Positions 8,669-18,513 of a DNA stretch of 64,000 nucleotides are shown in pieces. Each line of letters begins with the position of its first letter. Position 1 is the stretch's first letter. The DNA comes from a virus (Duplodnaviria; Caudoviricetes): positions 21,307-85,306 of the IMG/VR virus record IMGVR_UViG_3300030095_001206. The stretch is one strand, 5' to 3'. The notes beneath the pieces are model-generated. The model made no database searches. It had not been told where the DNA came from and worked only from the letters and a program-made list of their open reading frames with translations. A program made the position numbers and the translations under genes.

Positions 8669-10398
8669 AGTTCTTGTGCAACGGTACTAGGCATTATACG
8701 GGAAAATCCCTTGACTTTCTCAAATCTTATCACATTGTCAAATTTGTCAAACATACCCTCCTTATGGGATATTACAAAGATGTTAGCACCTTTGATGACA
8801 TAACGGATAATCTTAAGGAAATCTTCATTACCAGATCCATCAAGTGAACTGTCAAACACCTCATCCATAATAAGGAGATTGGTGTTAGTGGAATTTTTAT
8901 ATGCAGCGATCTCACGCCAAGTAAAGAGTAACGCAAGATCTATCCGCATCTTTTCTCCCTCAGAAAAACTTGCATATGAGAAGTCTTCATGAATAGGTGA
9001 TTCAATACTTTCATTAAACTCCTCATCAAGAGTAAAGTTAATATAGAAGTCCATCATCTGAAGGTATCTGTTAACTTGTTGATTAATCAGTGGAAGATAC
9101 TTCTTAATGATCGTCTTCTTTACTCCACTATCCTTGAGTAAACCAAATGCAAAGTCATGTTCTGAGATCAGTTCTTTTTGCTCTGCAACCTTTTCGTATG
9201 TTGTTGAAAGGCTGTGTTGGTATTCAGCTAATTTCTCATGCTCAGTATTTCTATTTTCAAGTTGTTCGGTAATTCTTTGAATCTCCGATTCCAAATCCCT
9301 TGACTGACGTTGTAGTCCAGAAACGAGCGTATTGTTTTGAGAAATGCCATGTGTTAGAGAAGTAACCTCCTGTGTGATATTGGTGAAACGAACCTCTCTT
9401 AACTCCTCTGCTTGTATCTTGGACTCTAATTCTTCGAGACCTGTTTGGAGTTTGTTTATAGAGTTATTGAGATCCGTAATTTTATTTACCCTGAAAGATT
9501 CTTCTATGGATTGTGTACATGTAGGGCATGATACATTTTCATTGAAAAAGTTACATTCACTACCAACTCTTTCTTTCTTTGTCTGTATCTTAGCACGTAG
9601 ATTACTTAATTTTTTTAATGATCCACCAACATCACTTAATCCCAAAAGTCTACTATCAAGAGTTTCAAGTTCCTTGGAAAGTTTGTCATTCTTATCAATG
9701 TATCCTTTAGCTTCCTTTGCTATTTCATTAATCTGATTTTGTTTTTTCTTTATATCTTCATGACTAGTTGCTTCAATAGTCTTGATAAAATTCTCTTGCA
9801 TTTCTACTTTATCAATTAAACTATCTTTCTTCAACTCTAATGTTCTAACCTCATCCCTCTTAGATCTGAGTTTTGCTTTTACAACTTCACTCATAGCAGA
9901 GAATATTTTGATATCCAATAGATCTTCAATCACTTCTCTACGATTAACAGCAGTTAATTGCATGAAGGGAACAAATGTACTAGATCCTAATATAACAATC
10001 TGAGTAAATGATTTAAAGTTTAACTTAAGAATACTTTGCTCAAAATACTTTTGTTGCTCAACTGCATTAGCAAACTGGTCTTGTACCTTTCCATCAATCC
10101 ATATCTCAAACTTATTTGGTTTCAATCCACGTACAACTTTATAATCTCTATTCTTTACATGAAACTCAACCTCAACTAAACCTTCTCTTTCATTCGTAGT
10201 ATTAATAAGTTGTGACTTAGTAATCTTTCTAAAAGGTTTATTGAATAAAGCAAAACACAAAGCATCTAGAATGGTGGACTTACCAGCACCATTTGTACCT
10301 ACAATAATATTTGTGTCATATGCAGTTAAATGAACTTCAGTAAACTGATTACCAGTACTTAAAAAGTTTTTCCATCTAACCTTCTGAAAGGAGATCAT
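8665..10398 (-). CDS. g46: recombination endonuclease subunit (Rad50/SbcC-like)
   Basis: Walker A GTNGAGKST, CPTC zinc hook, FSEGEK signature, IMDE Walker B. Confidence 0.97.
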   Translation of the reverse strand: MISFQKVRWKNFLSTGNQFTEVHLTAYDTNIIVGTNGAGKSTILDALCFALFNKPFRKITKSQLINTTNEREGLVEVEFHVKNRDYKVVRGLKPNKFEIWIDGKVQDQFANAVEQQKYFEQSILKLNFKSFTQIVILGSSTFVPFMQLTAVNRREVIEDLLDIKIFSAMSEVVKAKLRSKRDEVRTLELKKDSLIDKVEMQENFIKTIEATSHEDIKKKQNQINEIAKEAKGYIDKNDKLSKELETLDSRLLGLSDVGGSLKKLSNLRAKIQTKKERVGSECNFFNENVSCPTCTQSIEESFRVNKITDLNNSINKLQTGLEELESKIQAEELREVRFTNITQEVTSLTHGISQNNTLVSGLQRQSRDLESEIQRITEQLENRNTEHEKLAEYQHSLSTTYEKVAEQKELISEHDFAFGLLKDSGVKKTIIKKYLPLINQQVNRYLQMMDFYINFTLDEEFNESIESPIHEDFSYASFSEGEKMRIDLALLFTWREIAAYKNSTNTNLLIMDEVFDSSLDGSGNEDFLKIIRYVIKGANIFVISHKEGMFDKFDNVIRFEKVKGFSRIMPSTVAQEL

Positions 10399-10660
10399 AA
10401 TCTGGTTCTTCAGGGGGAATTACAATGTCATCTTTGGTGATAATGGAATAGCGGTATCCATTATGTTCACAGATTTGAACAGCAGAACGGTCTTCCACTT
10501 CTATGATAGTCATCTCTGGATAACCCCTCTCTTCTAACATCATAGCAAACCGTTCAGCATCATCTTCCTCTACAAAGAGGTATAATACTTTTTGGCCAAA
10601 TCTATCGTTAGCAGCATAGGCTCCACTATCTTCTTTTCCAGAGACAGCAAGTAAGTGCAT
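10376..10660 (-). CDS. DUF3110-like protein
   Basis: VLYLFVEEDDAERFAMMLE..YPE..I.E......CEHNGY.Y.......VIPP resembles cyanobacterial DUF3110. Confidence 0.6.
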   Translation of the reverse strand: MHLLAVSGKEDSGAYAANDRFGQKVLYLFVEEDDAERFAMMLEERGYPEMTIIEVEDRSAVQICEHNGYRYSIITKDDIVIPPEEPDYDLLSEG

Positions 10661-11709
10661 TATGTCACCTCACATGCCTCTTTGTAAACATTCTCTAGTA
10701 TCTTCTTAACCTTAGACTTGTCAATAGAAGTTTCAACCTCATCAACATACTGACTCAATAGACTCAATGTATCTTCGCTTTCTTGTCCTTGATATTCATG
10801 AGTTACAAATCCAGTACCATAATCAAATGATTCAATAGTCTTTAACTCTGCAACTCCTGCTTGATATAACTTATCAATAAATTTATCTAACTTAGTTCCT
10901 TTACCTTTATCCTGTACGATTACTTTAACAATCTTATCTTTATAAGATGTAGCATTAAAAGTTTGATAGTTAGTATCATTATAATATATCTTCTCAAAAA
11001 TATTAAAAGGATTATTGACTGGAGTATGCTCTAAAGTTTCAGTATCAAAAATATGAAATCCTCTTACATCTCCACAATCATTCCAATAGATCTCATATGG
11101 ATTACCTAAGTAATGAATATTCTCTTGAGAATTTCTATGATGATAATGTCCAGAGTATACCTTTTCAAAATCTTTATATATTCCTTTATCCTGTCCATGC
11201 TCCATTACATGATAAGCATTAGCTAAGAAACCATTAAGTTCTAAATGTCCCATAACAACAGGGCATTTAGACTTCTTAAGATGATTATATGTACTATCTT
11301 GATTATCTGTATTAACCCAAGGAACAAATGCTATATTCAAACCACCAAATTTTAACTCCTCATATTCAGTGATAACACGGATATTATCGTACTCTCGTAA
11401 TAATAATTCGCAAGCATTGATCGTATTAGTATTTTTGTAGTAGGCGGTGTGATTACCAACAATAGTCGTAAGATTAATTTTCCTATCTCGTAGACGGTCA
11501 AAATAGTTTGCTTTGGCCCACTGGAGAGCACTAAAATTAATCCCTGTACGATTATCGAAAGTATCCCCCATATCAATAACGGTATCGATGCTATTGTCTT
11601 CAAGATATGGAAAAAAGACTTCATCGTAAAACTTCCGAAAGAAGTCATGAAATAACTTTGAGTTTTTACGAGCACCAAAATGCTGATCGGTTATGATCGC
11701 AACCTTCAT
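10660..11709 (-). CDS. g47: recombination endonuclease subunit (Mre11/SbcD-like)
   Basis: TDQHFG, MGDTFD, GNH, GHLE, SGHYH metallophosphoesterase motifs. Confidence 0.97.
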   Translation of the reverse strand: MKVAIITDQHFGARKNSKLFHDFFRKFYDEVFFPYLEDNSIDTVIDMGDTFDNRTGINFSALQWAKANYFDRLRDRKINLTTIVGNHTAYYKNTNTINACELLLREYDNIRVITEYEELKFGGLNIAFVPWVNTDNQDSTYNHLKKSKCPVVMGHLELNGFLANAYHVMEHGQDKGIYKDFEKVYSGHYHHRNSQENIHYLGNPYEIYWNDCGDVRGFHIFDTETLEHTPVNNPFNIFEKIYYNDTNYQTFNATSYKDKIVKVIVQDKGKGTKLDKFIDKLYQAGVAELKTIESFDYGTGFVTHEYQGQESEDTLSLLSQYVDEVETSIDKSKVKKILENVYKEACEVT

Positions 11710-12212
11710 TGATTACCGCTACGTAATTTAGCATGGATATTATCCTTGATGCTATTATAATCCGAATAGTTCCCTCCGTCAAGTGTGTTGTCATCAACCA
11801 TCACTTGTTCAAATCCAGAACGTTCTAAAATTTTATTCTTAACTTCTAATTGTCTTTTCTCTCTCTGAATACGTCTAAGAAAAGCGTAATGTATGATCTG
11901 GGTAAAATAAGCGAAAGGATTACTAGATTTAGCAGGATCAAAATTATTGATATACTGCACACAGTTTTCAATTCCATCACATACCATGTCATCCTTAAAC
12001 ATGTAATTTACAAAATTTGGTTTGTAAGATAAGTGTGTTGCAATCTTTAAGAAACACTCTCCCAAATAATTTGTAATTCTAGGCTTAGGTTTTTCCAATT
12101 CTACTGCATCTGCCACTGATTGTTTGTACGCAACAATTGCAGCTAAAAACTCTTTATTGTTTACGTAATGCTCCGATCTGGCCCTGCGTCTAGGCATAGT
12201 TGTAAATGACAT
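11706..12212 (-). CDS. g55: late transcription sigma factor
   Basis: HYVNNKEFL, YMFKDDM..DG.ENC.QY..NFDP.KS.NPFAYFTQI. Confidence 0.97.
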   Translation of the reverse strand: MSFTTMPRRRARSEHYVNNKEFLAAIVAYKQSVADAVELEKPKPRITNYLGECFLKIATHLSYKPNFVNYMFKDDMVCDGIENCVQYINNFDPAKSSNPFAYFTQIIHYAFLRRIQREKRQLEVKNKILERSGFEQVMVDDNTLDGGNYSDYNSIKDNIHAKLRSGNQ

Positions 12213-12234
12213 AAGTATCTCTCACCTGTACATA

Positions 12235-12263
12235 ATTATATCAGGGGCTTGACAAGATGTCAA
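12235..12263 (-). promoter_or_regulatory. sigma70-type promoter of g55
   Basis: TTGACA-N17-TATAAT on minus strand. Confidence 0.85.
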
Positions 12264-12277
12264 ATGTTCAATAGAAT
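12249..12277 (+). promoter_or_regulatory. divergent (antisense) sigma70-type promoter overlapping the g55 promoter
   Basis: TTGACA-N17-TAGAAT on plus strand; shares palindrome TTGACA-AGA-TGTCAA. Confidence 0.65.
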
Positions 12278-12305
12278 AACTCTGTTAAGGGTTCAGGGAC
12301 AAGCT

Positions 12306-12713
12306 TTAGCTTTCTTTTTGTATATCTTTCTTATAGAGTTGTTCTAACATTCTTTTAGCGTCTTTAACACTAGATATGTATCCCATACGTCTATCTATGC
12401 GAGATAAATTGCCTTCATGAGAAGACTCTTCAACGTACCTTTGATGAATCATAATCATTTCTGCATCTTTACATTCTACCATAGTCATTATATTTTTTAA
12501 ATCTATTACCATCATATCTTCATCATTAGTCTTTAACCAAGGTTCTACTTTATATCCAGCAACTACATTAGCACCAGGCATTTTGACATTCTGAACTAAC
12601 ACTGGATGATGTAATAATAAAAGAGTTCTATTATCTTCATCACAAGCCGCTATACGAGCGAAGATTTCTTCTCCCGATATTAATTTTAGTGATGCATAAA
12701 AATCTTCTTCCAT
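12306..12713 (-). CDS. conserved T4-like hypothetical protein (possible Sm-like fold)
   Basis: LKLISGEEI N-terminal motif; position between uvsW and g55. Confidence 0.75.
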   Translation of the reverse strand: MEEDFYASLKLISGEEIFARIAACDEDNRTLLLLHHPVLVQNVKMPGANVVAGYKVEPWLKTNDEDMMVIDLKNIMTMVECKDAEMIMIHQRYVEESSHEGNLSRIDRRMGYISSVKDAKRMLEQLYKKDIQKES

Positions 12714-14176
12714 TATCTTTTGAGTTTGATTGAGATTATTTCATAGTTGAATTGTTCTTCGTTATAAGTTTTGATACGTTCAATTAAATGATTTAAAGTA
12801 TAATTCTTGCGGGACTGATGTGTACAGTCATCCGCAATATCATACAACATTGCTTTTACTTTATCTTTCCCTTTTCTAAGAACCCTTCCAATGGACTGGA
12901 GATTTCTAACTCTGGACTTGGAGGGACTGGCGAAGATGACGTTGTGCAACCGCTTAATGTTAATCCCAGTACTGAAAGTACCATAACTGGCAACAATAAT
13001 CGCATTTGATTGATCCTCTGTGATTTCACGAACTTTTTCTCTTTCGTCAGCAGCTACTCCACCATGTATAAAGAATACTTTACGATTTGCTGACTTATTA
13101 TTATTTATTAAATCGTATAATACTTGTCCATGTGACTCTACTCTACTATAAAGTAAGAGTGTATTTCCCTTTTGATCTAGTGCTAAGTTCTTTAAGAAAT
13201 TATTTCTTTGTTCATGTTGAATAAGGTATTGTATCTCATCTTCATATGTTTCAAACTTAATAGGCGGATGCCTTAAAACGAGACATGTAATGTCGAGTTT
13301 TGCTAATTGACCTTTCTCCATCAACTCTTTAGTCCTTGTCACCTTATATGCTGGACCAAACAATCCTTCCAATACCCACTTATGAGTTTGTGTACCATCA
13401 AGAGTACCAGTAAAACCAAACCGATACTTTGCAGTATGCAACTTAGTCATGATTTGAACTAGTGATTTAGATTTAAATTGATGTGCTTCATCACCTACTA
13501 CAACATTAAACTCTTCAAAATACTTTCGTGGTAACTTATAGATAGATTGCCACGTTGTAATGGTGACTGGACATGTTGTCTCCTTCTCTCGGCCTGCGTA
13601 TATTTTGTGACAGTATGTCGCAGCATCCCAACCGTAGTCTTCAAAATCTTTATACATCTGCTCTACGAGAGATGTCGTTGGGACAACTACAAGACTTTTT
13701 TGCCCTTTACCTGTATAGTACCTCACTAGAGCGTAGATCATCAAAGATTTACCAGAAGCAGTTGGTGATATCAATAATCTTCTATGATGTCTTAAAGCGT
13801 CGTACACTCCCTCTATCTGGTATTCACGTGGAGTATGACGAGATATAGCTGTCATATAATCCTTAACACCTTCCATCGACACCATCTCATCAACTTGGAA
13901 TGGTGTACCAAAAAATTTGTTATCTAAAAACTTATACTCGTAATTATAATTCTTACAGAAAGAAGTTATCTTATCTAATAGACCAACGTATATCTCCCCT
14001 GTGTGGGTTGAGAAAAGACGAATCTTCCCATCCCAGTGCTTATTGCGATACTGTGGCATGAACTTTGCCCCAGGTACTTCAAATGTAAAATGATCTGAGA
14101 GTTCTTGGTATATGTGGGGCTCTGCTCTAACCCGAAGAAAGACTTCATTTTTCTTTTCAATTTCAAGATCAACCAT
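12713..14176 (-). CDS. uvsW: RNA-DNA/DNA helicase UvsW
   Basis: SPTASGKS, DEAH, TGT, QSIGR.LR; likely start MVDLEI at 14176. Confidence 0.96.
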   Translation of the reverse strand: MVDLEIEKKNEVFLRVRAEPHIYQELSDHFTFEVPGAKFMPQYRNKHWDGKIRLFSTHTGEIYVGLLDKITSFCKNYNYEYKFLDNKFFGTPFQVDEMVSMEGVKDYMTAISRHTPREYQIEGVYDALRHHRRLLISPTASGKSLMIYALVRYYTGKGQKSLVVVPTTSLVEQMYKDFEDYGWDAATYCHKIYAGREKETTCPVTITTWQSIYKLPRKYFEEFNVVVGDEAHQFKSKSLVQIMTKLHTAKYRFGFTGTLDGTQTHKWVLEGLFGPAYKVTRTKELMEKGQLAKLDITCLVLRHPPIKFETYEDEIQYLIQHEQRNNFLKNLALDQKGNTLLLYSRVESHGQVLYDLINNNKSANRKVFFIHGGVAADEREKVREITEDQSNAIIVASYGTFSTGINIKRLHNVIFASPSKSRVRNLQSIGRVLRKGKDKVKAMLYDIADDCTHQSRKNYTLNHLIERIKTYNEEQFNYEIISIKLKR

Positions 14177-14600
14177 AACCAGCAATGAATTTCTGCCACT
14201 CGATTGCATTCTTAATTTGATAAGTCCTATTGTTTATCTGTTTAAGGATGCTCTCAATATAATTTAGGAGAGTTTCGTAGTAGTCAATTTTAAGATTTAT
14301 TTCTTTTAATTTATCATCTGCATCAAGATACTTAGTCATAGTATCCTTATCTCTTATCTTTTTTCCAAAAGGATTCTTCTCATACACCTCTGGGTCTGCT
14401 TTACCAGAGTAGTATTCATATCGTTCATGTCTAATATTCTTTCTTTGTTGTTCTGCTTTCTTTCTTAACAGCAAAAAATTATTAAACATATCATGGTACT
14501 TAGCATGTAGCGACGGTACTTTTAATGATTCTGTGTGTAGATTGTCTGGATCAATCTGTGAGTCTTTCTCCCACATACTTTGCAAAGTTTCTAAATTCAA
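14169..14600 (-). CDS. uvsY: recombination mediator UvsY
   Basis: TTG start; HAKY, YY.GKA...VY, .NRT.QIKNAIEW.KF.AG. Confidence 0.92.
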   Translation of the reverse strand: MNLETLQSMWEKDSQIDPDNLHTESLKVPSLHAKYHDMFNNFLLLRKKAEQQRKNIRHERYEYYSGKADPEVYEKNPFGKKIRDKDTMTKYLDADDKLKEINLKIDYYETLLNYIESILKQINNRTYQIKNAIEWQKFIAGYG

Positions 14601-15163
14601 ATTGGTATTCCTTGGTTGTTAACAATTTCATAGATGGTGTATTTGAATGTTACTTCTGCTGTGAAGTAATCAATATCACCAGGTGTGGCATCAAACTGTA
14701 ATGATGTTAATTCAGTTGGCCATAGATCACTATATTTTACCATAAATTGGGGATTATTGGTAGAGTCTAATACCATTAATGTTCCATCACTTACTAGGTT
14801 ATCTGGATTTTTTGGATCAGAATCTGCAAAGTCTGTATTACCACTCCACAATCTATAAATTTCATTTAAACTCTCTGGAAATGCTATTCCACGCATCCAG
14901 TTTTGTATCTGCATATAGTTTTCTAAATTCTCATCGACTAAAAACCTTAAGGTAAAGTCTTGGAATTCCATCTTATCACCAGGTCTTGGAATATCCTTAA
15001 GATAAGTTGGTTGTTCAGCAGGTTGTATATTAAGTCCTGGTATCTGTGCCGTATTAGCAAAGAAACTTACCTTAGGACATTTGACCAATGTGAATTTAAA
15101 TCCAATTGGTGAAAGGAAATTTCTATTCTGTATCTGTTTCTCAAAAGGATTACTTGTTGCCAT
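14597..15163 (-). CDS. g3: tail completion / tube terminator protein
   Basis: NFLSP.GFKF, F...A.IPG, L.FLVDENLENY; follows g23. Confidence 0.88.
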   Translation of the reverse strand: MATSNPFEKQIQNRNFLSPIGFKFTLVKCPKVSFFANTAQIPGLNIQPAEQPTYLKDIPRPGDKMEFQDFTLRFLVDENLENYMQIQNWMRGIAFPESLNEIYRLWSGNTDFADSDPKNPDNLVSDGTLMVLDSTNNPQFMVKYSDLWPTELTSLQFDATPGDIDYFTAEVTFKYTIYEIVNNQGIPI

Positions 15164-15188
15164 CAGTTCACGCAGGTCTCCATTTGGC

Positions 15189-15196
15189 TATTTAGA
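15189..15196 (-). promoter_or_regulatory. late promoter (g3)
   Basis: TCTAAATA, T4 late TATAAATA-like, just after terminator. Confidence 0.6.
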
Positions 15197-15197
15197 C

Positions 15198-15229
15198 AAA
15201 AAAAAGACCCTTCCGAAGAAGAGTCTTTT
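15198..15229 (-). terminator. Rho-independent terminator after g23 with C(UUCG)G tetraloop
   Basis: GACTCTTC-TTCG-GAAGGGTC followed by T8. Confidence 0.92.
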
Positions 15230-15249
15230 GAGAAATATAAGCATCTCGC

Positions 15250-16689
15250 TTACATAAGGTTCTTAACAGAAACACGTCTGTAGTAACGGTTAGCATTAAC
15301 ACGTAGACGGCCAAGTCCCTGAGTAACTCCCTCAGCGAATGGGTTTGAAACCATACCGTAACGAGTCTTAAACCCGATTTTTGGTTGGAATGTGTTCTCT
15401 CCAACTGCACGAACCATCTGTAGAGGAACGTATGGGCAGTAGAACAGACCAGCATCATAAGGAGATGAACCCTTATAACCAACAACATAGTACTGGTTAC
15501 CACCTGTTGCGTTAGCAGCAGTTAGGTTAGCAGAATATGGGTCGATGTATACTCTGTACTTACCATTGATTGTACCAGCAAATGTGTTACCAGTGTCATC
15601 AACGTTAAGGTTAGCATTAAGTGCTGGAGTGTAATCAAGTACACCTGCCATTGTTAATGCAGAAGCAACGTCAGCAGAAGTAAGGATGATGTTACCCTTT
15701 CCACGACGAGTTCTTTGTGCGATTGCGTTAGCATCTCTCTCTATCTGGAACAGAAGTCCTTTGAACTTCTCAACAGACCATCTTCCGTTTGAGTCGATGT
15801 CAAGGTCGAATACACCAGCAGTAGATGTGTTAGAAACAGCACCCTGTTCTGCAACCTTGTAGATTGTTCTAATAACTTCTCTGTTGATTTCCGCAAGGAT
15901 CTCAGTAGAAAGGATATTAGCAAGTTCTGCTTCAGCGTTAAGGCCATGAATTGCCTTAAGGTCTTGAGCAAGCTCAAGTGAGTACTCAGCTTTAAGTGCT
16001 CTGGACTTCGCAGTCACAGTAACTTTCTCAATGCTGAACGCCATTTCAGCGAACTGGTTGTTCGTGCCGTTACCTAAGTTCTCGGCATCACCAGCAACCA
16101 TACCCTGACCAACGTTATAGTCGGTTGAAGTTGCAGTACCAACTGGGTTTAGTACAGCAGGGTTACTACCATTTTGACTGATAGTACCAATACCAGCAGG
16201 TACATCAGAGAATGCACTGTTGATACCAGCAGATCCATCTCCACCGAAGTCGTTGGAAGACTGACCTGAGAAAGCAGTGTTTGCTTCGTTGTAGAATGCT
16301 TCAGTTCCACTTTGATTAGTGTAACGTGAACGCATTGCGAAGATAAGTCCAGTAGGACCACTCATTGGTTGTACACCAGCAAGGTCGTAAGCGACCAAGT
16401 TTGGCATAGAGCGTCTGATTAGACTTATTAATACTGGGTCGAAACCAGCAACAGGACCAGCAGCAGCAGAGTTACCGCCGAAGCCGCCTTGATGGGCAGC
16501 AGCGTTTGCTGAGTTTGTTGGTGATTCCATCAAGGATGTACCTTGACTGAATGCTTGCTCCTCTTTGAGGAATTTTTCTTGGTTTTCTAGTAGAACTGCG
16601 GTTACCGCTTTACGATGTGGATCGGTGATACCACCATCGTGATCCAAAAGGGGCTTCCACTTCTCGACTAGATGTTCTGATTGGAACAT
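15250..16689 (-). CDS. g23: major capsid protein
   Basis: LISLIRRSMPNL.AYD..GVQPM.GPTGLIFAMR, FYCPYVPLQM, FQPKIGFKTRYG. Confidence 0.99.
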   Translation of the reverse strand: MFQSEHLVEKWKPLLDHDGGITDPHRKAVTAVLLENQEKFLKEEQAFSQGTSLMESPTNSANAAAHQGGFGGNSAAAGPVAGFDPVLISLIRRSMPNLVAYDLAGVQPMSGPTGLIFAMRSRYTNQSGTEAFYNEANTAFSGQSSNDFGGDGSAGINSAFSDVPAGIGTISQNGSNPAVLNPVGTATSTDYNVGQGMVAGDAENLGNGTNNQFAEMAFSIEKVTVTAKSRALKAEYSLELAQDLKAIHGLNAEAELANILSTEILAEINREVIRTIYKVAEQGAVSNTSTAGVFDLDIDSNGRWSVEKFKGLLFQIERDANAIAQRTRRGKGNIILTSADVASALTMAGVLDYTPALNANLNVDDTGNTFAGTINGKYRVYIDPYSANLTAANATGGNQYYVVGYKGSSPYDAGLFYCPYVPLQMVRAVGENTFQPKIGFKTRYGMVSNPFAEGVTQGLGRLRVNANRYYRRVSVKNLM

Positions 16690-16724
16690 CTTCTTTAAGT
16701 GTGTAGTTTGATTTAATGTTTAAT

Positions 16725-17813
16725 TCAAGGATTCATCTTGCCTAATGCACTCATGTATTTCTCCATTGTGCCAGAAACTTGCTCGGCAAGTGTTCCGTCA
16801 GTGGCTTCCATCAGTGTATCTGCGGCGGATGATTGAGGTGCAACCTTTTTATCAGAGAAATAAGATTCTCTCAGGGTGGTTAGCTTCTCAGTGTACGACT
16901 CTTCACTTTCAAACTCAACACCTTCAGCAAGTGTAGCGAGCTTCTCTTTCTGTGTAGCAGCAAGACCTTCAGAAACACCTGAAAGTATTACATCTGAAGC
17001 AGACTCAGAGAGTCTTTTGTTCAGTTCTACATTCTTTTGGAGTTGCTCATTGAGTTTAGTCTCCATGTCATCTAACTTCTCTACCATAGTAGAGACAACA
17101 TCATATTTTTCGTCAGGGATTGATACATAATGATCTTCAAAAAGACTCTTCATTCCACCAAGGAATGATTCAGTCATTTCTGTTTTAAGTCCGTGCTCAA
17201 CTGCGAGTTGGTTTTCCTTCAACCACTCTGCAGCAACGTACTCAAGATATGAGTCAGTACGTTCTGTGAGCTCAGCTTTGTGTTCTGCTACTGCTTCATT
17301 AATTGCAGTAGTCTTTTCTTCATCAAGTTTTGACTTGATTTCAGAAACCTTTGAGTTAATGGCAGCTTCAAAGATTGTTTTTGCTTTCTCTCTGAATTCT
17401 TCAGAAAGTTCTTCGCCACCTAATAGAGCATTGACATCATCTTCCATGTCATATGTCTCTACAACTTCTTCTTCAACAGGTGTTTCAGCAACAACTTCTT
17501 GCTCATCAGTAAGTTCGGCCTCATCGCCTTGCTTAAGATTAGATGCGCTTTGTGCTCCCATTGCTCCTGTTTTACCTTTGCGGTTGGTAACCACATCAGA
17601 AACTTGCTTTATAGTTCCACCAGGTGTCTTAACTTTATTAGAGTCGTCGTCTGGTTTAGAATTTTGTGGAGTTGGTCCACCTAAATCCTCCCAACTAACG
17701 GCAGTTCCGCCAGTAGTGAGTTTAGGCATAGCCTTATCACCAGGATTAGCATTTGCTGTTACGGCATTAGCTTCTGATACCTTTTCCATTTCTTGTAGTT
17801 TGCTACTCGCCAT
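16725..17813 (-). CDS. g22: prohead core scaffold protein
   Basis: acidic coiled coil, LSEEF.EKAKTIFEAA, YLEYV..EW..EN; between g21 and g23. Confidence 0.93.
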   Translation of the reverse strand: MASSKLQEMEKVSEANAVTANANPGDKAMPKLTTGGTAVSWEDLGGPTPQNSKPDDDSNKVKTPGGTIKQVSDVVTNRKGKTGAMGAQSASNLKQGDEAELTDEQEVVAETPVEEEVVETYDMEDDVNALLGGEELSEEFREKAKTIFEAAINSKVSEIKSKLDEEKTTAINEAVAEHKAELTERTDSYLEYVAAEWLKENQLAVEHGLKTEMTESFLGGMKSLFEDHYVSIPDEKYDVVSTMVEKLDDMETKLNEQLQKNVELNKRLSESASDVILSGVSEGLAATQKEKLATLAEGVEFESEESYTEKLTTLRESYFSDKKVAPQSSAADTLMEATDGTLAEQVSGTMEKYMSALGKMNP

Positions 17814-17850
17814 TGAAGTTTCCTCGAATTACCTTGTTGTAATCTAAATT

Positions 17851-17858
17851 TATTTATT
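17851..17858 (-). promoter_or_regulatory. late promoter (g22/g23)
   Basis: AATAAATA in intergenic gap. Confidence 0.7.
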
Positions 17859-17862
17859 AAAG

Positions 17863-18513
17863 TTAGAGATTTGATAAGAAATCATTAAACAGATTCAACT
17901 TGTTCTCATCAAGTTTTTTCTGATCAACTAAAGTGTTGATGGTCTTGTATGTTTTGTGAGCCATTCTTTCACGAAGAATTCCTCCATCCCATACCCAATC
18001 TTTTCCTTCCATGATTCCTTCAACAAAGGCATCTGGGGCAGAAGGATCGGCAACTATGTCAGCAGCAGTTGCTAACATAAAGTCGTCTCCTACGACATTA
18101 ATACCCTCACGTGTTGCTTTAAGAGATCCAATACCTCTTGAAGAAACACCGAGTTTTACTCCTTCCTCTACTAAGTTAGCAGCAATCTTACCCATTGGAG
18201 TGCCAAGAATCTTAGCCTTACCAATGTAGTTAGAACCACTTTCCTTTAGAGAAACTATCTTATGTGAAACTCTATCGAGATTCACGGTTGGTCCTTCTGG
18301 ATGTCCAAGTTCACCGAGAGCACGTCCTGATTGGATATGATTCTCGTTGTATCGAGAAACTTCTTTGCGAAGAACCTCTGCAGGATACATCCTACCATTA
18401 CGATTAGTAATGTTTCCTTGTAAGAAAACACCCTCGATATACATAGACTTCTTGCCGTTCTTTTGTTCGACTAGAAATTCTACTGATTCAATTTCTTCCG
18501 TAATGAGTTTCAT
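17863..18513 (-). CDS. g21: prohead protease
   Basis: YIEGVFLQ...NRNGRMYP, GELGHP, VSHKI, GVSSRG.GS, D.VADPSAPDA. Confidence 0.97.
   Translation of the reverse strand: MKLITEEIESVEFLVEQKNGKKSMYIEGVFLQGNITNRNGRMYPAEVLRKEVSRYNENHIQSGRALGELGHPEGPTVNLDRVSHKIVSLKESGSNYIGKAKILGTPMGKIAANLVEEGVKLGVSSRGIGSLKATREGINVVGDDFMLATAADIVADPSAPDAFVEGIMEGKDWVWDGGILRERMAHKTYKTINTLVDQKKLDENKLNLFNDFLSNL

Noticed and set aside
15192-16361. Alternate-frame minus-strand ORFs inside g23 (and similarly inside g18, g20, g44)
   Set aside because: Explained by the strong codon bias of highly expressed genes; no slippery site or independent start evidence
17266-17847. 193-aa plus-strand ORF antisense to g22
   Set aside because: Ser-rich shadow of the codon bias of an acidic protein; no RBS or promoter; entirely overlaps a confident gene
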